Below are positions 9,913 to 18,489 of a stretch of DNA of 26,986 nt, piece after piece. The first letter of the stretch is position 1, and every line of letters begins with the position of its first letter. The DNA comes from Pyrobaculum sp. GTDB taxonomy: Archaea; Thermoproteota; Thermoprotei; Thermoproteales; Thermoproteaceae. The notes beneath the pieces were generated by a model. It ran no database searches, was not told the origin of the DNA, and saw only the letters and a program-made list of their open reading frames with translations. The stretch is taken from the NCBI GenBank assembly GCA_046293555.1, contig JBKBOT010000001.1:44185-71170 (forward strand), in the 5' to 3' direction. The position numbers and the translations under genes are program-made.

Positions 9913-10318
9913 TCATTGAGTTCTTATATATGCTTCATCTTCATTAAAAATGGTAATTATGATACCTATTTTGTTATCAAATTCGTCGTTAGAGTATTTT
10001 TCTATAGGTTTATAATAAAAACCGCGTGAGGGATCTGCCATGGGATCTAAGACTAAAATCCAGTCGTCTTGTATAAGAATTACAACAGCATGAAACTTGA
10101 TATCGTTATAACCACGGGGTTTAAAAATAGCTACATATGGACTATATCCTATTACTTAGTAATGCATATAGAATCATGGCTTTTGTTAAACAATTGCCTT
10201 CAACATTGTGCTTAACGAAACTTAGACATATATCAATGCTGGGACATTTTGCTTTAATGGTTCTCCTTACCTCTTGAAGAATCTTTTGTTCCTTGAGGTT
10301 AGCTCTTAAGAGTTTCAT
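9913..10318 (-). pseudogene. Frameshifted transglutaminase-like (Cys-His-Asp) protein
   Basis: Manual translation from ATG 10318 gives MKLLRANLKEQ...EGNCLTKAMILYALLSNRI* (TAG 10144-10142). A different frame from about 10155 gives IGYSPYVAIFKPRGYNDIKFHAVVILIQDDWILVLDPMAD...RTQ* (TGA ends 9913). Joined, they give the C...H...D pattern. Absent from the ORF track. Confidence 0.7.
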
Positions 10319-11516
10319 TCTTCTTTAGCTTTCTGCCCATCTGTGTTAAAAGTAGAAATGAAAGGAGAAAAACTCCGCCTATAACTAGAGGGACTATCCG
10401 CGGATTTTGTGAAAAAATTACGGCTCCTACCGCCGGCGCTATTATAGACCCCAATTGTGCTAATGGCATAAGCGAGCCGACAAGAGTGCTACGCACCTCG
10501 CTTGAGGTTAAACCGGCTACGAATACATTACTTGCCACCTGGTTTATACTAGAAGCCGCGGTAGATATCGTGAGAAGGATGGCGGCGAGAAGTAAAGCCT
10601 TTGACGGCAGTAAGCTCATTAAAATAATCGCCGTAGCTGCGAATAATATGGAGAGTTGGAGGCTCCTAAACCCGCCTAAAGTTGCGACAATTACGCCCGC
10701 TATAGGGGTAAAGACCGCGGCAGCAAGGTTAAAAGTCCCATATACAACGCCGATTTCTCCTTTCGACAAGCCTAATTCGGTTAGATATAGAGGTGTATAG
10801 ACGCCAAATAATCTTGAACCAAACTCCCCCATTACTGTGAGTACTGCAAGATATATGTATATAACGCCGAGCTTCCTTAACTCCTTTAATGACATTAAGG
10901 CCTTGAGAATAGACTCCCCCCCTTCCCCCTCTACTACCTTCCTTGTTAACGTTTCTTTAAATAAAAATGTTATAAAGAAAGATATTACGCTTAACAGGAA
11001 TGTAACTACAACTGCGGTATGTATAGCCCTCTCTGCCAACAGCCCTAATGCCAGCGATCCTATACCGCCCGATAAATATGGCATCAAAGCTGTGATAGCA
11101 AAGGCGTAACCCCTCTCCTCTTCTCTAACAGACTCGGCAATTAGGCTAAAGAGAGCTGGAAAGCTCAAAACAGTGGATATTCTAGTGATCATAATAGCTG
11201 ATATAAGTGTATAAATAGAAAGATTTAATACAAGGATACCAAAAGCCACCACAGAAAATAAGTTAGATAAAACCATAACTATTTTCCTACCATAGCGATC
11301 TGTTAAACCGCCGGCAAGAGGAGCCACAAAAATGGGAATTGCCATAGCTACAGTATATGTGATTCCCACTAGCTCTACAGACCCAAGCTCATACAACATA
11401 ATGGACAAAAGCCAAAAGAAAGCAAAAGAAAGAGATGAGGTCAACAACAAGAGAACTGTCACTACAATGTTCCTTACTTTTAGGACTGCTAAATACATCA
11501 CAATGGCTTTATTCAT
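10299..11516 (-). CDS. Major facilitator superfamily transporter
   Basis: About 12 hydrophobic segments, motif A GGLTDRYGRK, and IAESVREEERGYAF. AT-rich codon usage. Confidence 0.9.
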   Translation of the reverse strand: MNKAIVMYLAVLKVRNIVVTVLLLLTSSLSFAFFWLLSIMLYELGSVELVGITYTVAMAIPIFVAPLAGGLTDRYGRKIVMVLSNLFSVVAFGILVLNLSIYTLISAIMITRISTVLSFPALFSLIAESVREEERGYAFAITALMPYLSGGIGSLALGLLAERAIHTAVVVTFLLSVISFFITFLFKETLTRKVVEGEGGESILKALMSLKELRKLGVIYIYLAVLTVMGEFGSRLFGVYTPLYLTELGLSKGEIGVVYGTFNLAAAVFTPIAGVIVATLGGFRSLQLSILFAATAIILMSLLPSKALLLAAILLTISTAASSINQVASNVFVAGLTSSEVRSTLVGSLMPLAQLGSIIAPAVGAVIFSQNPRIVPLVIGGVFLLSFLLLTQMGRKLKKNETLKS

Positions 11517-11574
11517 AATCTACGGGAGGACAGCTGTATTAAAACTATTGGGGCAGCTTGCTGGAGTTTCTATG

Positions 11575-11592
11575 TTCAGGAGGCCTCCTGAA
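11575..11592. repeat. Perfect 18-bp palindrome TTCAGGAGGCCTCCTGAA
   Basis: Read directly from the sequence. It lies about 60 nt upstream of the MFS start, in the thiC-MFS gap. Function unknown. Confidence 0.8.
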
Positions 11593-11739
11593 TATGGCTT
11601 GTTTTTCACGGTGGCGTTTTGGATGAGTAGAGGGCCCGTGCCTTGTTACATATCTTCGCATGTGTCTCGTCAAACTTCCTGGGGTCTCTCCTCTCGGCCC
11701 ATAAGTTTTTGTAGATATAGGGCTTGTTGGGTGTTGTAT

Positions 11740-13032
11740 CTAGTCTAGCGTTTTTGCCTGTTGTATGACCATAGTCATGGGGCAGTAACCTCCGCACATG
11801 GTACATCCCTTTACTTTTGGCTTTCCGTATTGTGTATATATCTGGTGGGCCCTGGCGGGGTCTATAAGCCTTTTTATCATCTCGTCCCACATTAGACGCC
11901 CTCTGTAGTGACTTACCTCGTCGTCCCACCCCCTCGCCTTTCTCCCTAGTTTTACCACGTCGCCAATGTGGGCAGCGATGCGGTATGCTATTGCCCCCTG
12001 CTCCACCTGTTCTGGCGTCGGTAGTGATAGGTGTTCTGCAGGCGTTAGGTAGCAGAGCAGGTCTGCCCCCGCCGCAGCGGCTAGGGCTGCCCCCACGGCT
12101 GAGGCTATGTGGTCGTAAGGCGCCGCCACGTCTGTGGGGAGGGGGCCTAACACGTAGTAGGGCACCCCTCCTGTCAGTCTTTTTTCAAGCTTTATGCTCC
12201 ACACCACGTCGTTTAGGGGGACGTGGCCCGGCCCCTCTATCATGACTTGTACGCCTTTTTTAACAGCCCTTTTGGCCAGCCTGGCGGCTTCTATTAGCTC
12301 GGCGACGTGAAACTCGTCGTGTGCATCTGCGATGGCGCCTGGCCTCAACGCGTCGCCTATTGAAATCACGGCGTCGTGTTCTGCAAATAGCTCCAGTAGG
12401 TAGTCCCAATGTGTGTAGTAGGGGTTTTCCGCCTTGTTGTGAAGCATCCAGCCGATTAACATGTCGCCGCCGCGGGAGACCACCGGGATCACCCTCTCGC
12501 TTTTTAACACCTTTTTTGCCATGTCAAACGTCACCGCGGCGTGTATAGTCATGAAGGCCACGCCGTCTTTTAGCTGTTTCTCTATAGTCTTAAAGAGATC
12601 TTCTTCTGTAAAGTAGGCCCCTCCCCCCCTTTTGGAGAAAGACTCTATGAAGGCTTGATATATCGGCACTGTGCCCACGGGCAGTTTTGACCTCTCTATG
12701 GCCAAACGTCTAATCTCATCTAGGTTGCCCCCCACGCTTAGGTCCATGAGGGTGTCTCCCCACCTGTTTGCAATCTCCACTTTTTTCAACTCGGCGTCTA
12801 TGTCCACCACCTCGGTGGAGGTGCCTAGGTTTATGTTTATCTTCGTGGAGAGACCCTTTCCGATGGCCACCAGCTTTTCTGAAGGCCTCTTGACGTTTCT
12901 AATAACCACCACCTGCCCCGCGGCTATGCGCTGCTGTAGCTTTTCTATAGAGACGCCCTCTAGCTTGGAGAGGGGCTTGAGCTCCGGCGGGGCCCTCCCC
13001 TCCTTTGCGTCTAGTATTAGTGTCTTATTCAT
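11740..13032 (-). CDS. thiC: Phosphomethylpyrimidine synthase
   Basis: [49 protein letters not shown] and the C-terminal CTMCGGYC Fe-S motif. Start moved to ATG 13032. Confidence 0.93.
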   Translation of the reverse strand: MNKTLILDAKEGRAPPELKPLSKLEGVSIEKLQQRIAAGQVVVIRNVKRPSEKLVAIGKGLSTKININLGTSTEVVDIDAELKKVEIANRWGDTLMDLSVGGNLDEIRRLAIERSKLPVGTVPIYQAFIESFSKRGGGAYFTEEDLFKTIEKQLKDGVAFMTIHAAVTFDMAKKVLKSERVIPVVSRGGDMLIGWMLHNKAENPYYTHWDYLLELFAEHDAVISIGDALRPGAIADAHDEFHVAELIEAARLAKRAVKKGVQVMIEGPGHVPLNDVVWSIKLEKRLTGGVPYYVLGPLPTDVAAPYDHIASAVGAALAAAAGADLLCYLTPAEHLSLPTPEQVEQGAIAYRIAAHIGDVVKLGRKARGWDDEVSHYRGRLMWDEMIKRLIDPARAHQIYTQYGKPKVKGCTMCGGYCPMTMVIQQAKTLD

Positions 13033-13099
13033 AACCCAAAAATTTCTAATATATATAAGCATTTGCCCTAAGTATATATAGTGGAGAAATGAGGCACAT

Positions 13100-13606
13100 A
13101 TGGAGGGAGTTGAGGTGTTGTATAGAGCGTGGCTCGGCCGCCTTTATGCACAATATCTAATTCATGGGGTGAAAGAAGTGACCATTATATACGACGAAAC
13201 TCCCAGCTGTGTGGCCATAGCAGCCTCTGTAGCCGCCTTGGCAGAAGACAGAGTTCTAGCTGCAGTGAAGTCTGGAGAAATAAGAGAAGAAGTGGACAAC
13301 GCCCTTTTGATAATGAACCCACAGGTGGAGAGACTGGGGGAAAGGGCTGCCGCCGTGTTGAAAAAAGTGCGGAGGTTTGTTGCGTTACACACGCCTGTCT
13401 TCTACGCGCTTGACGAGGTGAAAGACGTCTCCGCCCTGTTGGAGGGGAAAGAGGTTAGATTCGCCGTGAGGGAAACCCCCTGGGAGGTCACCTTTTATAA
13501 GGTAGTGGCGTCTAGAGACGGCTTGAAGACAGAGCCATATGCCGCAAAGACTTTAACTCCTGGCGAAGTTGAGTTAATTAGGAAATTTGAAATTTTGAAG
13601 GCATGA
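13100..13606 (+). CDS. Hypothetical protein coupled to purE
   Basis: 168-aa ORF with a TATA (TATATATA, 13073-13080) upstream and an ATGA overlap with purE. No family recognised. Confidence 0.7.
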   Translation: MEGVEVLYRAWLGRLYAQYLIHGVKEVTIIYDETPSCVAIAASVAALAEDRVLAAVKSGEIREEVDNALLIMNPQVERLGERAAAVLKKVRRFVALHTPVFYALDEVKDVSALLEGKEVRFAVRETPWEVTFYKVVASRDGLKTEPYAAKTLTPGEVELIRKFEILKA

Positions 13607-14082
13607 GGGTGGCCGTAATAATGGGGTCTATAAACGACCTGGAGGTTATGAAGGAGGCTTTGGAGGTTTTAGAGGCCTTGGGGATACCATATGAGGCTAG
13701 AGTGGTAAGCGCACACAGAACGCCGGATTTTATGTATCAATTTGCTAGAGAGGCTGAGGAGAAGTTCGACGTGATTATTGCCGGTGCTGGCGGCGCAGCT
13801 CACCTCCCCGGAATGACGGCTGCGTTAACCCCACTGCCAGTGGTGGGGGTGCCGATCCCCACTAAACACCTCGGCGGTTTAGACTCCTTGTTGTCCATCG
13901 TCCAAATGCCGAGAGGCACCCCGGTGGCCACTGTGGCTATTGGAAATGCCGCCAACGCCGCCTATCTGGCCGCCAGGATGCTAGGCGTCAAGTATCCAGA
14001 GGCTAGAGAGAGGGTGAGGCGACATATGGCTGAGATGCGGGAGGAAGTCTTGTCAAAATCATTTATAAAGTCATTTATATAA
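13603..14082 (+). CDS. purE: N5-CAIR mutase
   Basis: [22 protein letters not shown] and [14 protein letters not shown] motifs. Confidence 0.97.
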   Translation: MRVAVIMGSINDLEVMKEALEVLEALGIPYEARVVSAHRTPDFMYQFAREAEEKFDVIIAGAGGAAHLPGMTAALTPLPVVGVPIPTKHLGGLDSLLSIVQMPRGTPVATVAIGNAANAAYLAARMLGVKYPEARERVRRHMAEMREEVLSKSFIKSFI

Positions 14083-14103
14083 ATCCACCTTTCTCTCTAT
14101 ATT

Positions 14104-14418
14104 GTGAGGTTAAAATGCCCAATCTGCGGCGTTGATATAAATATAGAGCTTTCCCGGCGCCCCAACGCCGCGGGGGGGTTGGCGGAAGTTATTATAATCC
14201 ACAGGGGGCATTGCTTCAAGATTTATCTTGACGACACAAATTTCGTCAGGAGGGTCTCGCCAGCCTTCTGTACGCATGTAGACGAGCTGGCGGCATATAT
14301 CAACAGCGATACGGCTGTAGTGATAGAGAGGGGGGAGGTTGTAGAAATTCCTGGCCATTATGTAAGAGACGTGGTGGAGATGGAACTTAACCTGAAGAAA
14401 TGGGGTACCAGGAGATAA
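14104..14418 (+). CDS. Small putative Zn-binding protein (CPIC...HxxH)
   Basis: CPICG and HRGHC motifs. TATA box TTTATATAAAT at about 14074-14084. 19-nt overlap with the next gene. Confidence 0.65.
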   Translation: MRLKCPICGVDINIELSRRPNAAGGLAEVIIIHRGHCFKIYLDDTNFVRRVSPAFCTHVDELAAYINSDTAVVIERGEVVEIPGHYVRDVVEMELNLKKWGTRR

Positions 14419-14732
14419 TTCGCCAGGTTTTTGAAGACGTCAGAGACGTCGTGGGGGCCGCGTTGTTACATAAAAACGGCTTTGTGGTGGCCTACATCGG
14501 CCTAGAAAAGGAGACATGGGTCTATCTAACAGACGTGTTGAAAAACGTGCTAAAAGTCGCCGAATTTCTGGAGTCTGACCTATATGGCGTAGACGTCATG
14601 CTTGAAAACTATAAAGTAACTATTAGAAAGAGAGAGAATCTAATAGCTACAGTGGTCACCACGCCGGATACAGATAACCACATTTCTGACTACGTCGCCT
14701 TTAGGCTGCTAGAAGAGGCGCTCAAATTATGA
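14400..14732 (+). CDS. Roadblock/LC7-like (profilin-like fold) protein
   Basis: VVGAALLHKNGFVVA hairpin, a helix, then a three-strand end. 110 aa. Divergent relative to the neighbouring Roadblock gene. Confidence 0.65.
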   Translation: MGYQEIIRQVFEDVRDVVGAALLHKNGFVVAYIGLEKETWVYLTDVLKNVLKVAEFLESDLYGVDVMLENYKVTIRKRENLIATVVTTPDTDNHISDYVAFRLLEEALKL

Positions 14733-14766
14733 GATACACATAAAAAATATTACACATAATTACTAC

Positions 14767-15123
14767 ATGGAGGAAAAATTAAGAGGGGAGCTAAGCGTCT
14801 TTATTTCGAGAACTGGTGGTGATGTAAATGCCGCCTTGTTGGTACGTAAAGACGGCCTCCCGGTGGCCGCCATAGCGCCTGGGGCAGATGTAAAGCTTAT
14901 TTCAGCCATCTCGGCCTTGGCTATGGGCGCGTTACGTAGGGTGGGAGAGGAGTTAAAAAGCGGCGCCTTTAAGATGTCCATAATTAGCTACGAGTCACGT
15001 AACTTGTTGATATATCCGGTGCGGGATATCTACATAGTCTCCCTAATGTCGCCAGAGGCAAATCTCGGCCTTGTGTTACTAGAGGTGGAAAAACTAGCCC
15101 GCAGGCTACAGGAGATATTATGA
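14767..15123 (+). CDS. Roadblock/LC7 (MglB-like) protein
   Basis: AALLVRKDGLPVA, ISAISA...EELKSG and ANLGLVLLEV are typical MglB/Roadblock signatures. Confidence 0.88.
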   Translation: MEEKLRGELSVFISRTGGDVNAALLVRKDGLPVAAIAPGADVKLISAISALAMGALRRVGEELKSGAFKMSIISYESRNLLIYPVRDIYIVSLMSPEANLGLVLLEVEKLARRLQEIL

Positions 15124-15578
15124 TACAACTTCTGTCGCTCTTAAAAAAGCTGCTTAAAGGCGACATCCATATCGACGTGGACGAGGGGGTATTTACATAT
15201 AAGGGAGTTCGGGTGGTAACAATCCCCGTCCCCGCCGTAGTGCTCACAGCGCTAGAGGTGGCCAACATGTTCGGCGACGCCGGGCCCATACTTTTAGAGC
15301 GTCTGGGGGAGGGCGTAGGCGCCTCCATAAAAGAAACTATGGGGTGGGCCAGCGGCGAAGAGACGTTAAAAGAGTTTCCAAATATCGCAAGAGCTGGGGG
15401 CTTTGGGAAGGTATGGGTAAAAGAAAACCACTTAGTAATGGAAAACCTGCCCGTGTCGCTAGAGGATAACGTCTTGTTGGCATATATGAGGGGCTTCCTC
15501 CGCGGCCTCTGTATAGAGCTAGAGGATGTCCAAACTTCTGGCAACATCCTGCGGGCTAAGTTTAAAACAGTTTGTTAA
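15120..15578 (+). CDS. V4R / Bet3-like domain protein
   Basis: GVFTYKGVRVVTIP, ILLERLGEGVG, GGFGKV and YMRGFLRG match the V4R (XylR-N-like) pattern. ATGA overlap with the Roadblock gene. Confidence 0.7.
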   Translation: MIQLLSLLKKLLKGDIHIDVDEGVFTYKGVRVVTIPVPAVVLTALEVANMFGDAGPILLERLGEGVGASIKETMGWASGEETLKEFPNIARAGGFGKVWVKENHLVMENLPVSLEDNVLLAYMRGFLRGLCIELEDVQTSGNILRAKFKTVC

Positions 15579-15635
15579 ATCTCTAGGCGCTCTCCAGGAG
15601 GTCGTTATTAAATTTTTAAATGGACTTTTAATAAC

Positions 15636-16727
15636 GTGAGGCTGTTGACGTTAGGCGGGGGGCAGCTGGCGTTGATGTTATGTTGGGCGGCGAGACGTCT
15701 ATCTGTCATGTTTAGATTTGTAGATACACAAACTGCGCCGGCTAGCCACTGTGCCGAGGCTGCTGGCGACCCCTATACAGAGGTGGAAAGGTCAGATGTA
15801 ATCACATTTGAGTTTGAAAACGTAGACCTGGAGGTGGCTACATACGCCCATAAGTTGGGTAAACTTAGGCCACATCTAGAGTACCTCAAGATAAAGAAAA
15901 GCAGGATTTGGGAAAGAGAGCTCCTAAACTCTCTACGCGTGCCCACAATGTCGTGGAGGATGGCAGAGGGAGGGCTAGAGGCTTTAAAAATAGCCGAGAG
16001 GTGGGGAAAAGCCTTGGTGAAAATCCCGTCGGGGGGTTACGACGGGAAGGGGCAGTATGTATACCCTAGAGAGACTGGCGAGATAGAAAAGCTAGCTGGC
16101 ACATTGCTTGTAGAGGAATATGTAGATGTGAAGAGAGAGTTCTCTATTGTGGCGGCTAGAGGGGAAGACGGAGAGGCGTATTTCTACCCGCCGACACAGA
16201 ATTATTATGTAGACGGCATACTTGTGTGGAGTCTTGCCCCCACGAGTGTGCCAGTAGAGGCCTACGAGTATGTCTACAAGATACTAGAGTGGAGGAAATA
16301 TGTGGGGGTTATCGCCGTGGAGTTTTTTGAAAGCCGCGACGGGAGGCTGTTAGTAAACGAGATCGCCCCCAGAGTTCACAACACGGGCCACTGGACGCTA
16401 GAGACCGACGCCAGCCAGTTTGAAAACCACGTGAGGGCCGTAATGGGGCTTCCCATAAAGATGCCAAGAGCCATAAAGCCCACGGCTATGGTGAACATAC
16501 TCGGCAAGCCTCTCGACGGGCTCCCTCTGCGAGAACTGGAGAGGCTGGGGAAGGTGTATTGGTACCGCAAGGCCGAGGCCAGGCCTAGAAGGAAGATGGG
16601 TCATCTCAACATAGTGGGCGAGAGGCTAGAAGAAACAGCTGAAAGAGCCAGAAGGGCGTTACAGCTGATATACGGCAGGGAGTTCCCACAGCTAGTCATG
16701 AGGCCGCGGCCAATGCCGCAGTTATAA
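15636..16727 (+). CDS. purK: N5-CAIR synthetase (ATP-grasp)
   Basis: LGGGQLA, TFEFENV, GGYDGKGQ, NEIAPRVHNTGH, SQFENH and RRKMGH motifs. Confidence 0.96.
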   Translation: MRLLTLGGGQLALMLCWAARRLSVMFRFVDTQTAPASHCAEAAGDPYTEVERSDVITFEFENVDLEVATYAHKLGKLRPHLEYLKIKKSRIWERELLNSLRVPTMSWRMAEGGLEALKIAERWGKALVKIPSGGYDGKGQYVYPRETGEIEKLAGTLLVEEYVDVKREFSIVAARGEDGEAYFYPPTQNYYVDGILVWSLAPTSVPVEAYEYVYKILEWRKYVGVIAVEFFESRDGRLLVNEIAPRVHNTGHWTLETDASQFENHVRAVMGLPIKMPRAIKPTAMVNILGKPLDGLPLRELERLGKVYWYRKAEARPRRKMGHLNIVGERLEETAERARRALQLIYGREFPQLVMRPRPMPQL

Positions 16728-17577
16728 ACAAGGCTCCAACATACGCAGCTATTGCGTCTATAAGCCACAAGGCGTGGGCCACCTCAACTTCTGTAGGCCA
16801 GGTGCCACACCCAACGGCGTAATGCCCGCTTTTCTCCAGCCTTACCCCCATCGCCGCAGCTATCGCCGAGATGGGCCACTTGGCGTTTACACTCCCCACC
16901 TCTTGCCCTAGTGCTTCTACACAACGGATTCCAAACATGAGTAAAAACGCCGCAGTTGCCCTAGCCGGCAGGTAGTTCATCGCGGTGTCTAAAACGGCGG
17001 CGGGAGCTCCCGCGGGGCCGAATTCCTTAAAGCCAATTAGGCCGTCTGCCGTGTTTACAGCTCGTTGAAGCCACGCGCCAGGTAGGCCGAGGAGGAGGTA
17101 CCACATCAACGGCGATATGTAAGAATCCACAAGAGACTCTGCCGCCGTTTCCACACAAGCGCTGTTTATAAGCCACCTATCCCTAGGGGAGAGAGGCCGC
17201 CGTACGAACTCCTTTACCGCGCCGTGGGGACATCCCGAGGCGTATGCCTCAATGCAGCCATATGTGATATGTGTAATAGAGAAGGAGAACTTTAGTAGAT
17301 ATCCCTCTGCCAAACTCCACCAAAGTTCCCCTCCCCTCACAAATCTAAACAACACCGCTGCGGCAGTCATGGGGGTGGCCACAATAAGCAACACGGCGAC
17401 GCCCCGAGTAATCCCGCCGGGTTTGACAAATGGGGCGCCAAGCCTATAGATAAGAGAAACGGGATGTAACGCCGGGTGTATTAATGGAGTAACCAGATGG
17501 CCTTTCCACCATATGGGCTTGTCTAGTAGCTCTAGAAGTAGGGCGAAGATGAGGGCGTAGGGGTCTGGGGAGAACAC
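16696..17577 (-). CDS. cbiB: Adenosylcobinamide-phosphate synthase
   Basis: HPV, ETAAESLVDSYISPL, RAVNTADGLIGF, DTAMNYLPAR, NAKWP and LEKSGHY motifs in a membrane protein. Confidence 0.88.
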   Translation of the reverse strand: MFSPDPYALIFALLLELLDKPIWWKGHLVTPLIHPALHPVSLIYRLGAPFVKPGGITRGVAVLLIVATPMTAAAVLFRFVRGGELWWSLAEGYLLKFSFSITHITYGCIEAYASGCPHGAVKEFVRRPLSPRDRWLINSACVETAAESLVDSYISPLMWYLLLGLPGAWLQRAVNTADGLIGFKEFGPAGAPAAVLDTAMNYLPARATAAFLLMFGIRCVEALGQEVGSVNAKWPISAIAAAMGVRLEKSGHYAVGCGTWPTEVEVAHALWLIDAIAAYVGALFITAALAAAS

Positions 17578-17608
17578 GACGTATATATGTCACTAACTTA
17601 TAGCACTA

Positions 17609-18448
17609 ATGCCGACTGTCGGCGGCGTCGAGGACTTACTCCCCCCAGCTGTCTGTCCCGCCGTTTTGCTCTCAGGCGGCGTGGACTCCAGCGCAGTTCT
17701 GCTAGCCGCATTGAGGGGCGGCGTTAAGCCACATGCCTTTACTGTATCGCTGAGTGGCTGTGGGGTGGACATACCCTTCGCCATCTATGTGGCAAGCAGT
17801 CTAGAGGTGCCGCTAACTGTGGTGTCTGTAGGGCTAGAGGAGGCTTTAGCGGCAATAGAAGAAGTAGTGGGGGCGTTAAAGGTCTTTAACCCCATGGAGG
17901 TGGTAAACTGCGCCGTACAGTATATAGGCATCAAAGAGGCGGCTAGGTGGGGCTACGGCAAGGTCTGTACTGGCGACGGCGGCGACGAGCTTTATCTAGG
18001 CTACTCATTTTATAGAAACATACCGCTAGACAAGTTAGAGGCCAAGAGGAGAGAAGTCGTCTCTAAGTGGCGATTTTGTAGTTTTCAGATTGGCAAAACC
18101 CTCGGCGTTGAGGTGGAGGCCCCCTTCACCAGGCTGGAGGCGGTGGAGGCGGCCTTGTCGATCTCCGCCAGCGAGGCTCTTGGGAAACGGCCCGTTAGAG
18201 AGCGGTTAAGGCCGGTCTTACCGCTTGTGGCAGAACGGGAGAAAACCCCGATGGAGGCCGGCAGTTGTTTTAACAGACTTTACGAGGAGATGAGGAAAAG
18301 GGCGGGCGACGAGGTGAGATATCTCTATGAGATATACAGGAGGCTGGGGTTTACCTACCCCAGGTCCCCCTCTGGGTGCCCTAGGTGTGGCTACGCCTAT
18401 TTTGACAGATATTGTCCCATGTGTGGATATTACAAGCCACAAGATTGA
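17609..18448 (+). CDS. Asparagine synthetase-like PP-loop protein (synthetase domain only) with C-terminal Zn ribbon
   Basis: LLSGGVDSS, TGDGGDELYLGY, APF, GKRPVRE and REKTPM motifs. No N-terminal Ntn glutaminase domain. CPRC...CPMC at the C-terminus. Confidence 0.82.
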   Translation: MPTVGGVEDLLPPAVCPAVLLSGGVDSSAVLLAALRGGVKPHAFTVSLSGCGVDIPFAIYVASSLEVPLTVVSVGLEEALAAIEEVVGALKVFNPMEVVNCAVQYIGIKEAARWGYGKVCTGDGGDELYLGYSFYRNIPLDKLEAKRREVVSKWRFCSFQIGKTLGVEVEAPFTRLEAVEAALSISASEALGKRPVRERLRPVLPLVAEREKTPMEAGSCFNRLYEEMRKRAGDEVRYLYEIYRRLGFTYPRSPSGCPRCGYAYFDRYCPMCGYYKPQD

Positions 18449-18489
18449 TAAATGGGCTTCTTCTCCCCTTTATGAACTTATTGCCGAAA

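Noticed and set aside
11332-11929. ORFs 11332-11748 (+) and 11606-11929 (-)
   Set aside because: They overlap the MFS or thiC genes extensively and have no recognisable motifs.
16696-16727. Convergent 3' overlaps (purK/cbiB, lysJ/VKOR, mntR/trpF, 3170/fusA) as antisense regulation
   Set aside because: Short tail-to-tail overlaps are routine in compact archaeal genomes.
9913-18448. Lasso-peptide-like set: transglutaminase-like peptidase, transporter and asparagine-synthetase-like cyclase
   Set aside because: The parts are over 6 kb apart in different GC contexts. The AsnB-like gene is short and embedded among cob genes. I found no precursor or RRE gene.
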